A DNA stretch of 64,000 bases from the human T2T-CHM13v2.0 reference genome, Homo sapiens, in NCBI RefSeq assembly GCF_009914755.1, contig NC_060931.1. One strand, given 5' to 3'. The position numbers and the translations under genes were made by a program. How positions within the stretch are numbered: position 1 is the stretch's first letter; every line of letters begins with the position of its first letter. Of this stretch, positions 53,080-64,000 are shown piece by piece. The notes under the pieces are model-generated. The model searched no databases. It was given only the letters and a program-made list of their open reading frames with translations, and was not told the DNA's origin.

Positions 53080-53760
53080 TCACCAGAAACTGGAAGCAGC
53101 CCACATACCCCTCAGTTGGGGAAAGGATAAACCATGAGACGCCGTCTAAGGGATACTTACTACTTGGCATCACGAGGGGCAAACTCCCAAGGCCCCAAGA
53201 GCATGGTGACTCTCGAGTGTATTCTGCCGTGCAGGAAGCCACCTTGCCCTGAATCTGTGTGACAGAGGCAGAGGCAAAACTAGAGGGACAGAAGCAGATT
53301 AGCAGTGGCCCACGGCAAGGGTGGCTCACGGCCCCAGGTTCTCACGGGTGATGGAGAGTTCTGTTTCGGCATTGCCGGTGGTGACCTGACCATATGGGCT
53401 TATCCACACTCAGGACTCTACACTACAAAGGATAGGTTTTACTGTGTGTGAGCTCTAACTCAAGTTTTACAAACGACGGCAGGCACCGTGGCTCATGCCT
53501 GTAATCCCAGCACTTTGGGAGGCCAAGGTGGGTGGAACACCTGAGGTCAGGAGTTCGAGAGCAGCCTGGCCAACATGGCAAAACCCCATCTCTACTAAAA
53601 ACACAAAAATTAGCTGGGGGTGGTGGTGGCACCTGTAATCCCAGCTACTCGGGAGGCTGAGGTACAAGAATCACTTGAACCGGAGAGATGGAGGTTGTAG
53701 TGAGCTGAAGTCATGCCACTGCACTCCAGCCTGGGTGACAGAGCAAGACTGTCTCAAAAA
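53080..53760 (+). mobile_element. Old L1M fragment followed by an AluS (53478-53760)
   Basis: agaaactggaagcagcccacatacccctcagttggggaaaggataaac; Alu dimer. Confidence 0.75.
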
Positions 53761-54107
53761 TAAGAAAATGTGAAGTCATTGCCATAGCAGGAACCAGCTC
53801 TAAGGGCACACACGATTGAGTCAGTTTATTGTCAGCCGGGCACAGCTGTCGACTTTTGCAGCGACGGGGGACCCCCTAGATGGTCTTGTCTCCTCTGACA
53901 TTTTGCCACATTGTAGGAGAACCTGAGGACCAGAGAGGTTGTGACAGGGCTGGGCCCCTAGCTGGTGTCTGCCGCTGCCTCCACCTCCTTTACGTGGCTC
54001 GCCTCTAACCAGACCCTTCCAGGCGGGAAGATGTTCCCCTGAAAGGTATCAGCCATTAAACTTTGGAAGTCGAGTGATGTTCCAGTCATTGCTGTTCTGT
54101 TTTCTAG

Positions 54108-54240
54108 GCTTGGACTTAAGGATCAGCAGGAGAGAGAAATCATTCACGTTCTCATGGATTGCTGCCTTCAAGAGAAAACTTACAATCCCTTCTATGCTTT
54201 CCTGGCTAGCAAATTCTGTGAATATGAAAGGAGATTTCAG
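54108..54240 (+). CDS. NOM1: NOM1 exon 8 (LGLKDQQERE...EKTYNPFY...RRFQ)
   Basis: Acceptor ttttctag; donor CAG/gtagct. Confidence 0.96.
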
Positions 54241-54793
54241 GTAGCTTAGTGCGGAGGCACCAGTTACGTCCGCTCTACTATTTTTTCTACACAGGCTACC
54301 TGGCTCAACCCACCTGCAAAGGAGTTCCCCAAGTCAGGAGGCCCCTGATATCCCCGTCACCTGGTCCACGCTGGCTGCCAGGCCACCTTCACTGGGAGCG
54401 GAAGTGGGAGGGCTAGAGGGGAGTGTCAAGGGTCCACCATGTCCTCATGTCACCTGCTTCTGCCACAGATGCAGGCAGTGTGGCCAGGCCAGCAGGAGCA
54501 CCTCGTCGGTTCACAGTGCACCAGTCTGTTCTGATGCCCCTTGCTGTGGCCTTTTCCTTAGAATGTTCTGTTAGTATCTGCTGATTTGGGGGGAAGAACT
54601 GCACCAGAAGGAGATTCTTGTGAAGCTGTTTGGGACTATGCTCTATAGGCAAGAACAGTGAGGCCACCACTAAAAGTCTTGATGTTTAGAATATTAAAAA
54701 TAAGATAATAAGAAAATACCTTTAGGTTATGTTGTTAGTGATATAGTAATTTGTGGCCGTTTGCCTTTTTTCTCCTTTTAACTATGATACTAG

Positions 54794-54925
54794 ATGACTT
54801 TCCAGTTCAGCATATGGGACAAATTTCGGGACTTGGAAAACTTGCCAGCTACGAATTTCTCTAATTTGGTTCATCTGGTGGCCCACTTGTTGAAGACAAA
54901 ATCGCTTTCCCTTTCCATCTTAAAG
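54794..54925 (+). CDS. NOM1: NOM1 exon 9 (MTFQFSIWDKF...SILK)
   Basis: Acceptor gatactag; donor AAG/gttcgt. Confidence 0.95.
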
Positions 54926-55384
54926 GTTCGTGTAACGTGTGAAAATATTGAAAGCAATGGAAATGGGAGTGTAATTGTTTAGTACCTGGTAAATCAGGTC
55001 CTGTTTTACCAGCGTATTTTCTTCGATTCTGATTCATCTGAAAAGTGCTTGCATTATCCTAGCCAGGACAGAAAACGGCCAGACTAACATGTGCTACAAA
55101 TTGATCTGGTAAATGAAGGCACCGCTGCAGTTCTTTTGCTAATCTGAATGAATGTGTTTTGGAGCTTGAGGTTAATTTGCTGGTCCTAATTATAAAATCC
55201 TGAACTGGTCACTGTTAGTGAGGAGAAGGGCGGATGAAGTAGGGCCTGGTCTCCTTAGAGGTGAGGTGAGTTTGCTCACGTTGATGTAAGGTGTTTTAAA
55301 ACTGTAGGCTTTCTCCTGCCCTGCTGTGTTTTGGGACTTTGCAGTGGACCATGAAACACAGACATCTTTTTTCTTCCCCCCCCA

Positions 55385-55653
55385 AGATGGGAGTTGCTCT
55401 GTCACCCAGGCTGGAGTGCAGTGGTGCAATCTCTGCAACCTCTGCCTCCGGGATTCAAGCGATTCTCCTGCCTCAGCCTCCCAAGTAGCTGGGATTACAG
55501 GCTCATGCCACCACGCCCAGCTAATTTTTGTATTTTTAGTAGAGACGGGATTTCACCATGTTGGCCAAGCTGGTCTGGAACCCCTGACCTTGTGATCTGC
55601 CCTCCTCAGCCTCCCAAAGTGCTGATATTACAGGTGTGAGCCAGTGCGCCCAG
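55385..55653 (-). mobile_element. Alu (intron 9)
   Basis: Dimer. Confidence 0.92.
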
Positions 55654-56889
55654 CTGAAACCTAGACATCTTACCAGGTGGAGTTGGGGTTAGATGTGGGC
55701 CTGTAAGGCTTGGATGGTGGGACCAACAGACTCTGAATAGCCAAAAAAAAAAACTGGAGCGCCTGGGGGGCAAAGGGAAGTGAAAAGCAGAGATAGTTGA
55801 GGGGCGTTGACTGCAGTGGCCCAGACCCACAAGACAGACGCAGCCACAGCTTCCCGTGTGTTTCTGTGTGTCGTGTGCAGTTCATCAGCATGCCGGCTCC
55901 AGTTCACCCTGCGTCCCTTGCTGTGTGGTGTCCAAGTTTGGCCACTGTACTGAAAATGAGGGCACCGAGCCTTACGCCAAATCCTGACAACTGGAATAAC
56001 TTAGCTCATGGAGGAGGCGTTGCTCCCCCTCCGCTCCCCTGCCTTGCCTTTCGCTCGCCCAGGCATTGCGCTCATCCTGGAACAGCACGGATGCTACCAC
56101 CGATGAGCGGGAGAGGCGTGGCAGGAGCACACCCTCAGGCGTAGAGCTTTAGAGATGCCCCCCGCCCTGCCCCTCCGGGCTGCTCTCATTCCGAGTTTCT
56201 CTGTGTTTCGACCATGCTTTTGTGGTCTCGCCGCGTCCTCGGGTCCGCAAGCGCCTGTGATGGTGTTTGGCTGCGTACCTCCCTGTGGGTAGCATTCCCG
56301 TCACCATGCGTTTAGTCCCCTCCTCTAGCTCGCTGACATTCAGCTAAGATTGCAGTGGGTCCACGTTGGCGCCCGTGAGTCTGTTCTGGGTAGCATCCTA
56401 CTGTATACGTATGCCTCAGTTTATATACTTACTTATCCTACTGATCCGTGTTTATTTCTGATTTTTTGATAGTTTTCTAGGGCAGAGATATATATGGATT
56501 AGTCTTCTAGAAGTAAATTTTATATATATATATATGGTTTTAATTAGGGGATGGGTACTTTTGGGAATGGAGGTAATTTATGGTTCAGTTCTAGATACTG
56601 AATTTCTGATTCATAAGGTGTATGACCCGGGAATTCCACTTACACTGCTGAGTTGTTCTCAACGGTGGCTGTGGCCGGCCACACCTCTGCCAGCAGTGTG
56701 TAGGAATTCCCAAGGCCCACATCCTTGCCAACAGGTGTTCATTTCTTAGCTCTGGAAATAGCTTCTTAAATCGGGTAGAGTGGGGGAAGGGGGGAGATTA
56801 ATTTTTACTCTAATTAACTATATTACAAATCATTGAAAAAGTTGGCTAAATCAGTGTAATTTTATTTTTCTCCATGTCCTGACCATTAG

Positions 56890-56999
56890 GTAGTTGAATT
56901 CAGTGAATTGGACAAACCCAGAGTCCATTTTTTACGAAAAGTATTAAGTATCCTATTAATGGAAACAGAAGTTGAAGACCTCAGTTTAATTTTCACAAG
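56890..56999 (+). CDS. NOM1: NOM1 exon 10 (VVEFSELDKPRVHFL...IFTR)
   Basis: Acceptor accattag; donor AG/gtatgt; phase 2. Confidence 0.95.
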
Positions 57000-57331
57000 G
57001 TATGTGCCCCACCCTTTCCGATGAGACATGGAAGAGAAATGAAGAGATTGTTTTCACTTGTGTTGATTTACAAACACAAGGTTGTACTATACGTGTAGCT
57101 TAATCTTTTCGGTTTTATTTTTAAGCTGGTATGCATTAGATCTGGGGAATAGAAACTTGTCTGCTAGCAAACTAACAATGATTGTTAATAATAAAATATG
57201 TTAAGAAGTTCTTAATTGAGAATTTTATTTTTAAAAGAAACTGGTTATGTCTCACTATGCGAGATACCCAGGATTGAGATCTAGGAGAGGCCAGCTCAGC
57301 CCTGACATGTGTTTATACGATTCCTTTCCAG

Positions 57332-57506
57332 ACTATCTGACAACCCAAAGCTGGGGATGTTACGTGAGGGTTTGAAGCTTTTCATCAGCCACTTCTTGCT
57401 AAAGAACGCACAGGCCCACAGAAGCGCCGACGAAGCCAACGTGCTGAGAGAGAAAGCTGACCTTGCAACGAAGTGTCTGCAAGGAAAAGCTTCCCTGAGA
57501 ATGTAG
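57332..57506 (+). CDS. NOM1: NOM1 exon 11 coding part (LSDNPKLGMLREGL...ASLRM*)
   Basis: Acceptor cctttccag; TAG at 57504-57506. Confidence 0.96.
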
Positions 57507-57759
57507 TCAGGGAAGGAAGGAGGGCAGGTGGCCCTTTGACTGTAAAATGTCCTTTGTAAACCCAAAGGCTTATTCTGTTGCCTGCGTGTGAATGTTTGGT
57601 AGAGCTATATCATTGTCTGTTAATGTATTATATTTTGAGATTTTTTTTGATCTAAGGTTTTATTGTTTGTATTTCAAGCCATTTTCAAATAACTATCTTG
57701 GGGGTGAGAGGAGAAGGAGGGAGGGAAAAGGGGTCAGGCACACTGGACAGGGTTCTCTA

Positions 57760-58108
<349 letters not shown>

Positions 58109-58115
58109 TTAATAG

Positions 58116-58518
<403 letters not shown>

Positions 58519-59199
58519 TGATACTGTTTTAAGTATTTAGGTTGCAATTAACTTTGGCAAAGTCAGTCGACATAAGCCCTGTGGATATGGCCTTATGTAC
58601 ACTGTAATGCAGACAGGTGCTTTTCATCATTCATGTAACATTCTCACACAGTTGAGGGTATTCATCTCCTCACCAATTCCAGATTGTAAATGTACTTTCT
58701 TAAACAACTCTTGAGGTCACCAAACAGTAGTTATTTGACTGTTAATAGGTGCTACTTGCTTGCAAGGATTTGGAGATGTAAACATGAAGAAAATATAGTT
58801 ACTGCCTGCAAAGAATTAACATCCGTCTAGTGGGAGAAACAAACACACCCCACTCACTAAGTATGGAAAACTGATTCTGGGAGGAAGCAGAAATGTCCCT
58901 AGATAACAGCATGTATTGCAGATACCCAAATGTTTATTGTTTTCTCAGCCCTTCAATTTTGCTTTTCTCTCTCAAATGCTACAGACTCAATTTAAATCTT
59001 ACCTTTGATTGTTGAAAAAAGTCACTAAGATGTGAATACAGAATAGACATTGAGAGGTTATATATGTCCAAAACTCATCTGTCCAGCAGTCACCGTCCTC
59101 TTCAGAGTGGTCACGTTGGGCAGATGGGCACAGGTGCTGGTGATGCCCCTCCTGGGCAAAACGCCCCATTTGTGGCACTTCCAGATACTATTTATTTAC

Positions 59200-59440
59200 T
59201 TTTTAAGAGAGAGACAGGCTCACTCTGTCACCCAGGCCAGAGTGCAGTGGCACGATCATAGTTACCGCAGCATCAAATTCCTGGACTGAAGCGGTCCTTT
59301 TGCCTCAGCCTCGCGGATAGCTAGGACCACAAGCAGTAGAGACAAGATCTCCGTATGTTATACAGGCTGGCCTCAAGTGGATCCTCTTGCCTTGGCCTCC
59401 CAAACACCGGGATTATAGGCGTGAGCCCCCGTGCCTGGCC
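59200..59440 (-). mobile_element. Degenerate AluJ in the 3'UTR
   Basis: Alu arms with deletions. Confidence 0.85.
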
Positions 59441-60337
59441 TCAAATTTTATTTTAGCTCGACCCTATGGCAGTTTGTGTTTGGAAATCGTGATGTGAAGT
59501 CATCAGTATCTGTGCATATCCCTAAACTAATGGTTTAAGCGTTGAAGCATGCGCAAGCAACATGAACAACTGAATACAGAAAGTAACTGAAAGCAGCACA
59601 GAGACTGTGTCGTCCCTACAGACTTCTAACCCTGCATTCAGCAACATCATTCGACCCGAAGCCAGATTCAAACCCTATGTCTTCTAGCAGGTTCTGAATT
59701 TAGAGGACAAATAAGGTGACAGGTACTAAGAGAAGAGTGAATTAAGTGAAAATCTTCCCTTTGTTAAGGAGCTTTTTAACAAGAGTGTCTTTGCTGGGTG
59801 GTGATTGGGATGTAACAGATCAGTTCTACTGGACTTGTAGCTTGATAGTGAAATAAGGAGCTTGGGCTAAGGTATCAATCAACACACTGCTTCCTTCCTC
59901 CAGAAGGTCTTACTGTGAAGGAAAAAATGTCAGTTGAACTAAATTGTGCTTCACGCCTCGGTAGATTTGCATTCTGATGCAAGCCCCCAACCTCACAGAC
60001 CAAGAGGATCCCTGGCTGCCTGTGAATGGCCCACATTTGAGTGGTGCTAACTTGATGTGAGTAGGCATTAATTATGGGTGCAGCTACTAAGATGGGAAAA
60101 ACTATCACGACAGTGGCACCACCTGATTTCATGATGTACCATATGCAGTAACACATGTTTGAGGTACAGAATTGAAGCTGATTTTTCTGCAAAAGATGAA
60201 TTTCTATAAACAATCCCATTTTTATATTTTATTATTAAAACAAAAATACCTCTCTTTGCTAGAGAGTATATGTATGACTTAAATTATTAGCTATGGTTTG
60301 CATTTAGTACATGGCAGATTGCCTGTAAGTCTGTTCA

Positions 60338-60712
<375 letters not shown>

Positions 60713-60939
60713 TTAAAAGCTATGAATTCAGAATTGCTTTTAAATATATAGGGGGTTTTTTGAAATTTATTACAGTGCAATTGAAAATACACTTAAAATA
60801 CTGCAGGATGCTTAGTGCTCAGTGTTATGTATGAACTTGTGGACTTTACAATGCAGGTTGAGAACTGCTAATGTATAGAATGACTAAACAGCTGTCTTTC
60901 AGGGTATCTCATTTTTAAAGGTATAAGGAACAAACTTTA

Positions 60940-61324
<385 letters not shown>

Positions 61325-62011
61325 GCTTTGGTGGTAAACTGAGGCCTATACCTTTCCTTTACCTTTTAAAGAAGGCTACTTAGCTCTATGATTTAGGAAG
61401 AAAGATTCATTCTCTCCACCCCCAGAGAGAGAGAACGCCCAGGAGGTGGAATGTTAACCACTGGAGAACTTGGAGAGGTTTATGCGGGTGAAGTGTGTTC
61501 TTGGAACTTTTCTGTAAGTGTATAATTGTTTCAAAATAGATGTTTTGAAAGCATTCATAATTCAGAACTCATTCTATAAAGATCTAAAATATACTATTCT
61601 TTTACAAAAGGAAGCAAACATTCAAATCGCCTTTGCCTCCTTAAAAAATTGCCTAGGCCTTAGCGTACATCTGCCAAGATTTACCTTAACTTTAGGGTGG
61701 GTTGGTTTCCTTCAGCTTGGTCAGGTGACCGCCTTAGCTCCCTGTCGCACTACCTGCATTGGCAGGGGAGGGTGGGAGAGCTGGAGAACGGAAGGAGGGA
61801 AGGTCCTGTCATTGACCGTGCTCAGGGGCTTCAGTATCAAGAAGTGCACTGATGATGGGCTTGGTGTCAGTGGGTGTCCAAATTACCCAGGCACCTGCAT
61901 CCCTATAGGGTTGAATAGAGTGTATAGGAGTGAGCTGGAAGATGCCAGCACCCTCCCCCTCTCCCCACTGTGGCAGGTGTCCGACGGGCCAGGTCAGCTT
62001 CATTCATTCAT

Positions 62012-63394
<1,383 letters not shown>

Positions 63395-63396
63395 TA

Positions 63397-64000
<604 letters not shown>

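Overview
Primate (almost certainly human) genomic DNA. It contains the complete 11-exon NOM1 gene (nucleolar MIF4G/MA3-domain protein, 860 aa, + strand, CDS 37598-57506, 3'UTR to about 60980) and about 37 kb of repeat-rich upstream sequence. From memory this is the 7q36.3 LMBR1-NOM1-MNX1 interval. The upstream part holds the 5' 3.3 kb of a disabled L1PA3/4-type LINE-1 on the minus strand, whose antisense ORF0 is still open and points at NOM1. It also holds a solo LTR13A-like LTR with TSDs, a nested MER4/MER50/Alu LTR stack, other LTRs, old L1/L2/MIR fragments, several tandem duplications or VNTRs (60, 39, 32 and 65 bp units) and a 1.2 kb CpG-dense 18-bp minisatellite. The whole window carries about 45 Alus. 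No novel protein-coding system is supported: the long ORFs outside NOM1 and L1 are repeat artefacts. The leads most worth testing are an in-frame L1 ORF0-to-NOM1 exon 3 splice possibility, the CpG minisatellite, a candidate minus-strand spliced lncRNA chain running into it, inverted Alus in the NOM1 3'UTR, and small traces of template switching and gene conversion. Repeat subfamily names come from recalled consensus sequences and need RepeatMasker confirmation.
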